Origin: a virus
Taxonomy: Duplodnaviria > Heunggongvirae > Uroviricota > Caudoviricetes
Direction: 5' to 3' (one strand)
Length of the DNA: 36,745 nt
IMG/VR virus record: IMGVR_UViG_2585427964_000003
The notes below the pieces were generated by a model. That model was not told the DNA's origin and made no database searches. It saw only the letters and a list, made by a program, of their open reading frames with translations. Positions 8,777 through 17,779 of this stretch are shown here, one piece after another. The stretch's first letter is position 1. Every line of letters begins with the position of its first letter. The position numbers were made by a program, and so were the translations under genes.

Positions 8777-9304
8777 TTATTGCGGCATTTCCGGCCATTC
8801 AGGATTTGCAGGATCCACACGACTGACCAGAACGCTGTAGCGTTCCCAAGACTCCAGCCGTGTGCGCTCCTCCTCTGTTGCCATGTTCAGTCTGACCGCG
8901 CGCTCCAGCGGCAAAATCACGGATTCAGCATCTGCAAGAAGTCTGGCTTTCCGAATTTCTGCCTGCTGCTGCAATTCCTCTGCCGTATAAATGCGTTTAA
9001 TCACTTTGCCGTCCTTAAACATCCAGTTCCCTGAAATGTCCGCCCGTCGGTTAGCAGTAATATCCGCCACTTCAACAACACTTAATCCATCCGGTCTGAT
9101 AGCTGTCACATCCTTTTCCACATAGCGGATGATATTATCTTTGTCGTACGCTATTTTTATCGTGTCATCAGCAAAATACTTTTGTTGTTCGTACCAGTTC
9201 TTACCATCTTCTGAAAAAAACCAGACAACATCAAAGTCCTTTGTCAATTGATATTGTTCAACCGTTTTTGGATTACCCGCCTTAATATTTTTTAAATGCT
9301 GCAT
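8777..9304 (-). CDS. G: Tail fibre assembly protein gpG
   Basis: 175-aa ORF (P2 G is 175 aa) immediately downstream of H. Confidence 0.85.
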   Translation of the reverse strand: MQHLKNIKAGNPKTVEQYQLTKDFDVVWFFSEDGKNWYEQQKYFADDTIKIAYDKDNIIRYVEKDVTAIRPDGLSVVEVADITANRRADISGNWMFKDGKVIKRIYTAEELQQQAEIRKARLLADAESVILPLERAVRLNMATEEERTRLESWERYSVLVSRVDPANPEWPEMPQ

Positions 9305-9307
9305 AAA

Positions 9308-11554
9308 TTATACCTGCGCCACGTTATACCATGTCCCGTTAATGTATTTCTGCACCGGTCTGTAATATACGCCACCAATGTTATCGGCAGAGTTTGAGCC
9401 GGTATCCTGAACAATAATGCCGGTATATACGCAACCTGACGGAGCCTGATGCGTCCATGTAGTACCATTATTTGCTGGTTTATATGTAGATGCACCGCCC
9501 AGCCGCATGTCTCTCACATAACGTGAATCTGACTCAGCTTTGGTGTATGCACCAACATCTCCCGCTGAGGGTTTTCGTGTTGTGGTATAGAAATCAGACC
9601 AGCCAGATTCAAAACCATAACCATCACGGGCTGACCTGTAAGATATACCGCCATTTTTATAATTCACACGAAACTGTACAGCCGGGCAGCTACCAGCATT
9701 TATATTAAAGTGAAGAATTAATGCAGATGCTCCCCCAATCAGAGCGTTGTATGCGCCACTGTCCCAATTCCATCCAACGGCTGTATCACCATTAACCGTA
9801 TTACCTGTCTGCCGAAGTGCAAATGCACCGACATTTCTGGCATTAAGGGTAATATCTCCAGAACCATCAAAGGCAACACCTGCTATTTTCCTCGGTGTTT
9901 CGAGTTTTGAGGCTGTTGCAGCATTTCCTGAAAGGTTGGAAATAAATGGATGTGAGCAGTAATAACCGCGCCCATTTTTAAAATCCAGAATAGCCTGTGC
10001 GTTCGTGCTTTCTGTAGCGGGATTAGTTGCCCCCCACTTATATGTCGTTTGACCGACGACATAATCCTCTGTCGGAACAATAACCGTTAGCCCTTCCTCT
10101 GCAAGAATTTGCACAGGGAAAGCTCTGGCTTCAACATAAAAAACACTACATACATCATCATCTTTCAGGCTTGTAACAATGGAATGGATTGAACGCTCAT
10201 TGGTCTGATACGTCCAGAAATAACCTGCCGCATATGAACCACGATCAGTCCATCCTCCGGGCATAACCATGCCATTAAACTCGCAGTTATTCATTACATA
10301 ATCGCCGTTATAACAACCAGTGGAAATAACGACGCGGGATGCCATTTCTCCTGAAAGGCTGGCAGCACGGCGAAAGATAACGGGATACCACTTCCCGGCA
10401 ACGACATTTGCAGGGGCTGCAAACGAATACTTTCGCATTCCCTTTTTCTTATCCACTTCACCTTTGCTGTAAACATTAATGTTACTCAGGAAGCGTTCTT
10501 TATCAGGAATATCCGCACCGTTCTGATCTTTCTGAAGACGTTTTTCAGCATTGTCATTGGCAGACTTCACCGCTTTTGGTGTTGCGGCCAGCGTTTCAGA
10601 ATCACTGTTGGTGGCGCTACTTAGCTGGACAAGACCTTTTCGCGCTGTGGTGGCATCCTGTGCAGTGTATTTCCCGTTAGCAAGGTCATACGCTGTCTTA
10701 ACCGCCTTTGGCGTTGCGGCCAGCGTTTCAGAATCGCTGTTGGTGGCACTACTGAGCTGAACAAGGCCTTTTCGCGCGGTGGTGGCGTCCTGCGCGGTGT
10801 ATTTGCCATTAGCAAGGTCATATGCTGTCTTAACTGCCTTCGGCGTTGCTGCGAGCGTCTCAGATTCGCTGTTGATGGCACTACTTAGCTGAACAAGACC
10901 TTTTCGCCCCGTGCTGGCGTCCTGAGCGGTATATTTTCCGTTAGCAAGGTCATACGCTGCCTTAACCGCTTTCGGCGTTGCAGCCAGCGTTTCAGATTCA
11001 CTATTGGTCGCGCTGCTTAACTGAGTAAAACCTTTTGCAGTCAGTGAGGCGTCCGGGTGGCGTCGTGACTGTTCGTGTTCTGCAATTTTGTCATCAACGT
11101 AATCCTGCGTCGCCATCACCGTTGTGGTGTCAATGGTCAGATCCACTGAGGCCACACTGCTGACGATAATGACCATGCGGCAGGTCTGCGAACGTCCTGA
11201 GCCTTCGGCAAGGGCTGGCTTATAACTTTCGGCCATGTTCGCCACGGCAATTAACGTTCCCGCATCATCGTACAGGCCAAGCTCACGCATCCAGAAACCG
11301 CCCACCTCCGGCGGAATAACCAGCTCTGCGATAATATAATTACTGTTTCGTTTGTCCTGGCTGATTTTGTTCAGCGCATGTCGCCAGACTTCGTGGATAA
11401 GCCCGGTCTGTCCGGCATCCGGGACAGGCAATTTACCACCGCCATCCCCGACGGCCATCGTGGTAATGTTGACCTTCCGCCCTCCCGGCGCGGTTGCCGC
11501 TGCCAGCTTTGCTGCACCGGCAGTGGTGATAACGGTTTTGAATTTTGTGCTCAT
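9308..11554 (-). CDS. H: Tail fibre protein gpH
   Basis: 748-aa ORF; N-terminus MSTKFKTVITTAGAAKLAAA... typical of P2-like H; contains tandem phage tail-fibre repeats (SETLAATPKAVK.AYDLANGKYTAQDA). Confidence 0.9.
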   Translation of the reverse strand: MSTKFKTVITTAGAAKLAAATAPGGRKVNITTMAVGDGGGKLPVPDAGQTGLIHEVWRHALNKISQDKRNSNYIIAELVIPPEVGGFWMRELGLYDDAGTLIAVANMAESYKPALAEGSGRSQTCRMVIIVSSVASVDLTIDTTTVMATQDYVDDKIAEHEQSRRHPDASLTAKGFTQLSSATNSESETLAATPKAVKAAYDLANGKYTAQDASTGRKGLVQLSSAINSESETLAATPKAVKTAYDLANGKYTAQDATTARKGLVQLSSATNSDSETLAATPKAVKTAYDLANGKYTAQDATTARKGLVQLSSATNSDSETLAATPKAVKSANDNAEKRLQKDQNGADIPDKERFLSNINVYSKGEVDKKKGMRKYSFAAPANVVAGKWYPVIFRRAASLSGEMASRVVISTGCYNGDYVMNNCEFNGMVMPGGWTDRGSYAAGYFWTYQTNERSIHSIVTSLKDDDVCSVFYVEARAFPVQILAEEGLTVIVPTEDYVVGQTTYKWGATNPATESTNAQAILDFKNGRGYYCSHPFISNLSGNAATASKLETPRKIAGVAFDGSGDITLNARNVGAFALRQTGNTVNGDTAVGWNWDSGAYNALIGGASALILHFNINAGSCPAVQFRVNYKNGGISYRSARDGYGFESGWSDFYTTTRKPSAGDVGAYTKAESDSRYVRDMRLGGASTYKPANNGTTWTHQAPSGCVYTGIIVQDTGSNSADNIGGVYYRPVQKYINGTWYNVAQV
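10560..11035 (-). repeat. Tandem repeat, period 132 bp (44 aa), about 3.6 copies, inside gene H
   Basis: The GCGTTTCAGA motif recurs at 10591, 10723, 10855 and 10987 (spacing exactly 132 bp); the protein shows four near-identical 44-aa units. Confidence 0.85.
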
Positions 11555-11564
11555 TATTCCTCAC

Positions 11565-12095
11565 TTATCCGGGGTAAACCGTAATTACATCGCCGTCATA
11601 AGCCACACCACCGGCAAACAGGTAGCCGGGAATGTCCCGGGTAATGTTCAGACCAATAAGGTGGCGGCTTGCAGGTTTGGCATCAGCAATCAGCCGTTCC
11701 ATTTCCTGATACATTGCCTCTGTGATGCCGCTTTCCAGTACACCAATATCAAGCCGGAAGGTGCCGGGCGGGTCACTGTTTTCCCACCACTCCGTCACGT
11801 TGATGAGATAGCCGAGCGGCTCCACCACACGCCGGATTGCACCTATTGTGCCTTTATGACAGTGGATGAAATACGCATCGCGGATAACGGCGCGTTTTGT
11901 CGCTTCCGGCCACTTTTCATCCCACCTGTCGACCGAAAACGCCCACGCCAGCCACGGCAGCAGATTTGCCGGACAGGTATCCGGGTTCCACAGCTCACGA
12001 ATACTGACCGGCGTTTTTTCAATTTCCGCACAGGCTTTTGCGGCAGCAACTTCAAGCGGTGATGAGCCGGTCGGCAGCAGTCGCGAATCACTCAT
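11565..12095 (-). CDS. I: Baseplate assembly protein gpI
   Basis: 176-aa ORF, size and position match P2 gpI. Confidence 0.88.
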   Translation of the reverse strand: MSDSRLLPTGSSPLEVAAAKACAEIEKTPVSIRELWNPDTCPANLLPWLAWAFSVDRWDEKWPEATKRAVIRDAYFIHCHKGTIGAIRRVVEPLGYLINVTEWWENSDPPGTFRLDIGVLESGITEAMYQEMERLIADAKPASRHLIGLNITRDIPGYLFAGGVAYDGDVITVYPG

Positions 12096-12996
12096 CCGAG
12101 CCTCCGGTCACGACGCGGTATTCGGTACAGAAAGACGCCTGCGTACTGTTGAGCACGATGTCAGCCAGTGGTGCAGTCAGTTCGACACGCTGCACGCCTT
12201 CCACATGCAAAGCGGCATAAATGGCAGACAGACGGATGTCGCGCCCCAGCCGGTGCTGTGCCGTGATATACGCTTCCAGTTTTTTTACTGCGGCCGCGCG
12301 GATGGGTTCGCTTTCGGGACCAGGGTAAAGGTAAAGCGTGGCGTTTATCTGGTATTCAACGATGGCGGCAGACTGCACGGTCACGCGGTCGGCCACCGGC
12401 CTGACGTCCTCGCCATTAACGGCGTTACGCACCACAGCCAGCAGGTCTTCGGATGCGACGCCGTTATTTTCACGTGACAGCACAGAGATGGTGACACAGG
12501 CAGGAGACGGACTGGTGACAGAAATATCCGCGACACGCCCGTCAGCACTGCGACCATGATACTGATAGGCTCCCACTGACCCGGCGACGCTTAAGCCCTC
12601 AAAAGCCTGCTGAATACGCAGACGATAATCGGTGTCAGATTCCATCACTGCCGGTGTCGGCGGAATGGTCGAATCATCTGCCGGGGTGATAGTCAGGCGC
12701 GTGGTGTTGTAATTGGCACCAATCACATCAAGGTCATTACCGGCGGCACAGGCCAGCATCACCGCCCGTGCGGCCTCATTCACACGCTGACGCCAGATAA
12801 GCTCACGATAAGCATTTTCTTCCAGCAGTTTGACGAGAGGCTCAGATTCCAGTGTCAGGGTACGGGCGACCGCCTCCTGCTGATCTTCCGGGTAAAGGGA
12901 AATCAGTGTCGCCTTGCGTTCAGCGAGAATGCTTTCAAAGTCCAGCTCCTCGACCACATCTGGTGCGGGTAGCTGGTTCAGGTCGATAATCGGCAT
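12088..12996 (-). CDS. J: Baseplate protein gpJ
   Basis: 302-aa ORF, size and position match P2 gpJ; overlaps I by 8 nt. Confidence 0.88.
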   Translation of the reverse strand: MPIIDLNQLPAPDVVEELDFESILAERKATLISLYPEDQQEAVARTLTLESEPLVKLLEENAYRELIWRQRVNEAARAVMLACAAGNDLDVIGANYNTTRLTITPADDSTIPPTPAVMESDTDYRLRIQQAFEGLSVAGSVGAYQYHGRSADGRVADISVTSPSPACVTISVLSRENNGVASEDLLAVVRNAVNGEDVRPVADRVTVQSAAIVEYQINATLYLYPGPESEPIRAAAVKKLEAYITAQHRLGRDIRLSAIYAALHVEGVQRVELTAPLADIVLNSTQASFCTEYRVVTGGSDE

Positions 12997-13000
12997 GGTT

Positions 13001-13348
13001 TCAACTCACAGGGATGGTTAATGAAAGTGGCTGGCCGGTGTCGTTGTGCTGGCCGGTTAACGTGACCGTCATTCGCCCGTCAAAACGGCGCTCAGTGGTG
13101 ACGGATGACAGGGTGACGCGGGGTTCCCATTTCAGCACCGCCATGTAACAGGCGACCTTAATCTGCAACTCAAGCGCCGGGGTCTGCGGCTGGTCAATCA
13201 TTGATGCCAGCAACGAGCCGTAATCACGACGCATCACCCGTGAGCCGACCGGTGTGCGCAGGATATCGCCGATACTCTGGCTGATATGCTCAAGGTCAGT
13301 GACAGTCAGGCCATCACTGCGATTCATTCCGAGATAACGCGCTGTCAT
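13001..13348 (-). CDS. W: Baseplate wedge protein gpW (gp25-like)
   Basis: 115-aa ORF, size and position match P2 gpW. Confidence 0.88.
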   Translation of the reverse strand: MTARYLGMNRSDGLTVTDLEHISQSIGDILRTPVGSRVMRRDYGSLLASMIDQPQTPALELQIKVACYMAVLKWEPRVTLSSVTTERRFDGRMTVTLTGQHNDTGQPLSLTIPVS

Positions 13349-13980
13349 AAAGGGCTCCCGGTTGTGCCGCCACTGTCGCCGGGGTGTTTATGGGTATGCA
13401 GTACCTTACCGTTTGATGAGAGTTCACCGCCGGTGTGTTCAATGTTGCCGCGCATCGTCCCGCCCTTCTGCACTTCCAGCGTGCCGGTAATCAGCCTGTT
13501 GGTGCAGACCACCTCCGGGGTGTCCAGGGTGACGCGGGTTGATGCTTTCACCATGACCACCGGCACCGTGGCAGTAACAGAATCAGAAGCCGTCACGCTG
13601 GCCGTTTTAATTCCGCTTACCGTGAGTGCACTGGTTTCGGGTTCATATTCAATCACCGCCCCGTCAGGGAAACGGATATGCAGGGCATCCGCCGACACAG
13701 ACGGCGAGGGGTTATCGCCGGAATACATCCCCGGCAGAACGAACGCCGTGTCGAGTTCACCACCCACGGCCAGAATCAGCACCTGTTCCCCCACGGAAGG
13801 TGCCCACCATGTGCGCGAACGTCCTGCGCGATGGGTCAGCCACTGAAGCCAGTCGGTGCACATGCCGCCGGTCTGCACGCGGCAGCGACCGGCGTTAAGG
13901 TCGGTTTCGACGATAATGCCGGTGCGAATCATGTTGCGCAGTGCGCGCGCGAGTTCCTGAATATTTGCGAGAGTGTTCAT
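13345..13980 (-). CDS. V: Baseplate spike/hub protein gpV
   Basis: ATG at 13980 gives 211 aa (MNTLANIQ...), the length recalled for P2 V. The ORF-track start at 13998 is a TTG. Confidence 0.85.
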   Translation of the reverse strand: MNTLANIQELARALRNMIRTGIIVETDLNAGRCRVQTGGMCTDWLQWLTHRAGRSRTWWAPSVGEQVLILAVGGELDTAFVLPGMYSGDNPSPSVSADALHIRFPDGAVIEYEPETSALTVSGIKTASVTASDSVTATVPVVMVKASTRVTLDTPEVVCTNRLITGTLEVQKGGTMRGNIEHTGGELSSNGKVLHTHKHPGDSGGTTGSPL

Positions 13981-14063
13981 GCGTGTGAGATTGCACAATA
14001 TATAAAAGTTATGCTATCTGGATTCATTTGTAGAACGACCATACAACATTCGAGGAGAGCGTA

Positions 14064-14849
14064 ATGTTCAGTGATAATGTGACTAATGCGTGGTGGTTTA
14101 TCTCTTTGTATCTATTTTTATTAATAGCATTAACATTTGTTACCTTTGGTAAAAGTAATCTTATGAGGTTTATTGCACATCATTTCAATCTTGAGTATTC
14201 AGACAGAAAGTTAAAAATGCTCGACAAAAAATGGCGCGACATTCAACTATTTAAAATAATTAACGGAATCAATGTATCAGGCATCGAAGATGTGAGAATG
14301 ATACAGCAGGGGCTGATTGATGGAAAACTAAAAACATCGTATTTTTTCCTTACTCGCTTCTGGGGTGACATAACAAAACCACCACACATAATTAAAACAA
14401 TAATTGTAATTCTGGCCAGTATTATTTATATTCTCTTCGCATGTTATATACACAACAAACAATCCGCTATAGTAAGAGATGCCATAGGCATACCATATAA
14501 AAATATGATGTACTATGTTTATAGTGACAAAGTTCTTTTATCCTTCAAAAATAAAGCAGTTGAATTTAATAAAACTTATAGCCTTGCCGATTGCAAGAGA
14601 CTGCAAAACGTATTTATAAAAGACACACTTCCTGAAATCGCCTGCAATAAGCTCTTACAGCTAAACGAGGAGGACTCGGAATGGTTAAGTCAGGAGATTA
14701 AAGATAATAACAGCCAAAAAAAAGCATTATTAATAATATCCCTCATCTATTTCATTTCAGGTCTGGTTATATTCCTGTCATATACAAAATTCCTTTACGC
14801 CAATAAGAAGGTTGTAGAATACAAAGCATCAAATAAAAATCACTCATAA
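14064..14849 (+). CDS. Hypothetical integral membrane protein, three predicted TM helices (cargo in orf30-equivalent locus between V and S)
   Basis: 261-aa ORF on the opposite strand to the late operons; GAGGAGAG Shine-Dalgarno 4 nt before ATG; hydrophobic segments WWFISLYLFLLIALTFVTF, IIKTIIVILASIIYILFACYI and ALLIISLIYFISGLVIFLSY; strongly AT-rich with Lys/Asn/Ile-rich codon usage. Confidence 0.65.
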   Translation: MFSDNVTNAWWFISLYLFLLIALTFVTFGKSNLMRFIAHHFNLEYSDRKLKMLDKKWRDIQLFKIINGINVSGIEDVRMIQQGLIDGKLKTSYFFLTRFWGDITKPPHIIKTIIVILASIIYILFACYIHNKQSAIVRDAIGIPYKNMMYYVYSDKVLLSFKNKAVEFNKTYSLADCKRLQNVFIKDTLPEIACNKLLQLNEEDSEWLSQEIKDNNSQKKALLIISLIYFISGLVIFLSYTKFLYANKKVVEYKASNKNHS

Positions 14850-14855
14850 ACCTCT

Positions 14856-14890
14856 AAACATTGAGCGACCAGCATGGCCGCTCAATGTTT
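14856..14890. terminator. Perfect 12-bp inverted repeat hairpin (AAACATTGAGCG - 11 nt loop - CGCTCAATGTTT) between convergent genes
   Basis: Lies 7 nt after the stop of the 14064..14849 gene and 31 nt after the stop of minus-strand S; A/T runs form the stem ends. Confidence 0.5.
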
Positions 14891-14920
14891 AATTGCGCAT
14901 CAGCCTCTGCCTGGATAAAA

Positions 14921-15373
14921 CTAACGCTCAAGGTGAGCCAGGATAATCTCTTCAATCATCTGCACATCCTCACCGGTAAAGCCGAGCAGAGGACGCGCCG
15001 GATAATCAATTTTCTTACCGTCTTTCCGGTTTTCTTCCGACAGACCGAACTGATGCACGCTGGCGATTTTCGGTGACTTCCCGCCGTAAAACTCCATTGA
15101 TGCCTGTTCCGGGCTGGCGCGGATATGCAAAAAACGACTGGTGATAAGTTTCGCAAACATTTTTCGCTTAACACGACCAGTCTTTTTTCTGGCGCTCTGC
15201 TGCTGGCGTGGCACGTAGGGTGTGCCGTCCGGGGCTTTCTGTGCCATCACCCGACGCTGCTGACTCTGCCGCAGACGTTTCGCCAGTTCGGCACTCAGTC
15301 GTCGACGCCCTGACGGTGACAGCGACTCAATCAGTCCGGTCAGCCGGTCTTCAAAACGCTTAAACTCATTCAT
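14921..15373 (-). CDS. S: Tail completion / virion morphogenesis protein gpS
   Basis: 150-aa ORF, size and position match P2 S. Confidence 0.88.
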   Translation of the reverse strand: MNEFKRFEDRLTGLIESLSPSGRRRLSAELAKRLRQSQQRRVMAQKAPDGTPYVPRQQQSARKKTGRVKRKMFAKLITSRFLHIRASPEQASMEFYGGKSPKIASVHQFGLSEENRKDGKKIDYPARPLLGFTGEDVQMIEEIILAHLER

Positions 15374-15833
15374 CCCACTTGCTCACCAGTTCGCCATTGA
15401 TATAAAGCTCCATCGGGCGGGTGACCGGCTCCGGCGGCGTGGGTTCCGGGATATTCTTCACATGCAGCGCGCCGTCCACCTCACTGACCAGCGTGCGCTC
15501 GGTCAGCATCAGGCTGATGCTGATATCAAAGCTGCTGTCATTGTTGATGTCTGCATAAAACGTGAAGCCCTTTTTCTGACCTTCGTAAGTGGTCATGATG
15601 TCGGGCTGATTTTCCCGCAGCCACGCCAGCACCGGCACGATGAGCAGGTCAAAATCACCGGTAAAGTCGGTCACAATCACATTGAGCGTGTAACGCTTTT
15701 CGAACGACAGCGACGTCGCCAGCGTGGAGGCAATACTCCCGTTATCCACGAATATCCGAAGCATCTCTGGACTGGTTTTCAGCACCGTGACGGCATCAGT
15801 CAGCGCCCTGCGCAGGCTGTCGGGTTTGAGCAT
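15366..15833 (-). CDS. R: Tail completion protein gpR
   Basis: 155-aa ORF, size and position match P2 R. Confidence 0.88.
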   Translation of the reverse strand: MLKPDSLRRALTDAVTVLKTSPEMLRIFVDNGSIASTLATSLSFEKRYTLNVIVTDFTGDFDLLIVPVLAWLRENQPDIMTTYEGQKKGFTFYADINNDSSFDISISLMLTERTLVSEVDGALHVKNIPEPTPPEPVTRPMELYINGELVSKWDE

Positions 15834-16086
15834 CGTTTTCGTCCTGACAGTGTTTAATCATTTTTACCTGGCTGGCACAGCGTGCCAGCGCGTTCTCAAG
15901 CTGCCGGATATCAGCACTTAAATCGCCGTTCGTCTCCGGGTCACTGCCCGGCATCGGGCAAAGGCTCACTTTCGGGCAGGCGTTGGCGACAATCACTGGC
16001 GTCGGTGCAGGCCGGGCGCTGGTGCAACCGGCGCACAGCATCAGGCAGGTCAGCACCGTACCAGCGGCGAAAATCTTCGTTTTCAT
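15796..16086 (-). CDS. lysC: Outer-membrane spanin lipoprotein LysC (Rz1-like)
   Basis: 96-aa ORF with signal peptide and lipobox (LMLCAGC), proline-rich; sits in an alternate frame overlapping the 3' end of lysB and the 5' end of R. Confidence 0.8.
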   Translation of the reverse strand: MKTKIFAAGTVLTCLMLCAGCTSARPAPTPVIVANACPKVSLCPMPGSDPETNGDLSADIRQLENALARCASQVKMIKHCQDENDAQTRQPAQGAD

Positions 16087-16366
16087 TCAGTAACCTCGTG
16101 ATGGTTTTCTCGCGCTGTGCTTCACGCTTCGCGGCGTTTTCCAGCTCCTGACGCAGTGCCACCTGCGCCAGCTCGTTTTTGTCTGCCCTGGTGAGGGCAA
16201 CATGAAGCTGATTTTTCAGCATGGTGATGGTCGTCTGCTGCCCGCTGGCGACGTTATTCGCCCTGTCCAGCGAGGCGCGCAGGCTGGCATTTTTGTGTTT
16301 CACCAGAAACAGACCGGACACCGCCAGCGATAACAACACGACCAGCACAATCATCAGCTTTGACAT
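15941..16366 (-). CDS. lysB: Inner-membrane spanin LysB (Rz-like)
   Basis: 141-aa ORF with N-terminal TM helix (LMIVLVVLLSLAVSGLFLV) and coiled-coil periplasmic region; P2 LysB is 141 aa. Confidence 0.85.
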   Translation of the reverse strand: MSKLMIVLVVLLSLAVSGLFLVKHKNASLRASLDRANNVASGQQTTITMLKNQLHVALTRADKNELAQVALRQELENAAKREAQREKTITRLLNENEDFRRWYGADLPDAVRRLHQRPACTDASDCRQRLPESEPLPDAGQ

Positions 16367-16779
16367 GGTTCCCGCCCCTCAAAACGCTGACGGCAGGCCG
16401 TGCGTATCAGCCGGAAGAACAGTGACGCCACGAGATAAATCAGCGCGGTAAAAATCCATCCGGCGGCGACCAGCGAGATAAATGTCGCCACCATCACCAC
16501 CAGAGCCGCCGCCCGTCTGCGCCACGGCACCGGCTGCAAAAACAGCGACGTGACAATCTTCACGGCCAGCGATTCCGGCGGCAGCTCCCGCCCGTAGCGT
16601 TCCAGCACATACTCCGTGGCATACACGCCGACACCACCGGCAACCACACAGATAACCGTCGCCAGAATCGCCCAGGCAGCGACAAAACTGACGGCCACGC
16701 TCTGCGGGTAAATCAGGGACAGTGCCAGCATCAGCGCCAGCGACACGTTCAGCATCAGTGAAAGGGATAATTTCTTCAT
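16354..16779 (-). CDS. lysA: Lysis regulatory membrane protein LysA
   Basis: 141-aa ORF with multiple TM segments, between K and lysB; P2 LysA is 141 aa. Confidence 0.82.
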   Translation of the reverse strand: MKKLSLSLMLNVSLALMLALSLIYPQSVAVSFVAAWAILATVICVVAGGVGVYATEYVLERYGRELPPESLAVKIVTSLFLQPVPWRRRAAALVVMVATFISLVAAGWIFTALIYLVASLFFRLIRTACRQRFEGREPCQS

Positions 16780-16793
16780 GGTGTTTACTCCGT

Positions 16794-17291
16794 TTAAGCC
16801 GGTACGCCGCCAGCGGTACGCCAGACGGTGACCAGTTTTTCCAGTGAATGCTCACGCTGACCGTAACCGGCACCCGGCAGGGACGCCCAGATATTGCGAC
16901 AGCGTGAAATGGCGCGCTCAATGCGTCCCGCCCGGATGTCATCCAGTGCACCGCGTTCGCGGATCAACTGAATGGCGAGTCTGTCCTGTGACAACGGACT
17001 GAAATCCGGCAGGGCAAGCTGTTTGCGGTAATGCGGCCAGAACAGGTAAAGCTGCTGATAGCGACCGGAGGCCGTGGATTTTTCACCGCGACGGTTAAAC
17101 ACCTTCGCCGGTCGGCCATGCGCGAACGGGTGGTCACTGTAGTCAGTGAAAATTTCCGGCTTCCCGTCCAGTCCGGTGACTATCACGTCATAGCCCCGGT
17201 TTTTCGTCAGCGGATGATTCGCCGTCCCTTCGGACACGGCCAGCATGTCGAGAAAGGCCGCGATATTCTGATGCGTGTTAATTACCGGCAT
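16794..17291 (-). CDS. K: Endolysin (lysozyme) gpK
   Basis: 165-aa ORF MPVINTHQNIAAFLDMLAVSEGT... (lysozyme-like catalytic E in SEGT context); size matches P2 K. Confidence 0.9.
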   Translation of the reverse strand: MPVINTHQNIAAFLDMLAVSEGTANHPLTKNRGYDVIVTGLDGKPEIFTDYSDHPFAHGRPAKVFNRRGEKSTASGRYQQLYLFWPHYRKQLALPDFSPLSQDRLAIQLIRERGALDDIRAGRIERAISRCRNIWASLPGAGYGQREHSLEKLVTVWRTAGGVPA

Positions 17292-17572
17292 TACGGTTTC
17301 CCCCTGCCCTTAAAGCGGCGCTGAATGGCAATCTCAATCACCTGATAACCGGCGATACCCAGCATGGAGCCGATGCCGCACACCGCAGGCAGTGACAGGT
17401 CAGGAAACTGCACCAGAACAACACCGGCAACCATCGAGACAAAACCACCGAGCAACATGCGCCCGATAAACAGACGCGGGGTGATGGGTTCACCACCGGC
17501 AAGCACCTTGCCGACAACAATCAGCACCCCAATCATGAAAAGCGACAGGACGCTTTTTTCTTCTGCTGTCAT
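17291..17572 (-). CDS. Y: Holin gpY
   Basis: 93-aa ORF with TM helices; size and position match P2 Y. Confidence 0.85.
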   Translation of the reverse strand: MTAEEKSVLSLFMIGVLIVVGKVLAGGEPITPRLFIGRMLLGGFVSMVAGVVLVQFPDLSLPAVCGIGSMLGIAGYQVIEIAIQRRFKGRGKP

Positions 17573-17575
17573 GCG

Positions 17576-17779
17576 TTACTCCCACAGATTGACAGTTTCA
17601 GCCACGGGCGCGGTCTGAACGTCGGGCAGTTCGACAGCGGTGCCGTGTGGCAGCACCGCACCCAGTTCAGCCAGTCCCGGATTTGCGGCGAGCACGGTCT
17701 CAACCACGCCCTCAGTGCGCCCGTAATACCGGACACAGATGGCGTCGAGCGTGTCGCTCTGTAGCGCAAAGGTCTTCAT
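17576..17779 (-). CDS. X: Tail protein gpX
   Basis: ATG at 17777-17779 (MKTFALQSD...) gives 67 aa as in P2 X; the start overlaps the L stop as ATGA. The ORF-track start at 17848 is upstream of this. Confidence 0.85.
   Translation of the reverse strand: MKTFALQSDTLDAICVRYYGRTEGVVETVLAANPGLAELGAVLPHGTAVELPDVQTAPVAETVNLWE

Noticed and set aside
8632-8820. 62-aa minus-strand ORF overlapping the 3' end of G
   Set aside because: Overlaps the gpG stop region in another frame and contains the terminator hairpin; no ribosome-binding site.
10551-10881. ORFs 10551..10760 (+) and 10621..10881 (-) with internally repeated peptides
   Set aside because: Artefacts of the 132-bp tandem repeat inside gene H read in wrong frames.
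14029-14045. TGT-N11-ACA dyad in the V upstream region as a possible Ogr-binding late promoter element
   Set aside because: P2 late promoters are recalled as TGT-N12-ACA centred near -55; this dyad has 11-bp spacing and sits about 57 bp from the V start codon, so spacing and position do not fit. Equivalent clean dyads were not found upstream of FI, O or P by eye, so no late promoters are annotated.
16379-16951. 190-aa minus-strand ORF spanning lysA and K
   Set aside because: Alternate frame overlapping two well-supported genes (lysA, K); Arg/Gly/Ala-rich translation typical of an off-frame read.
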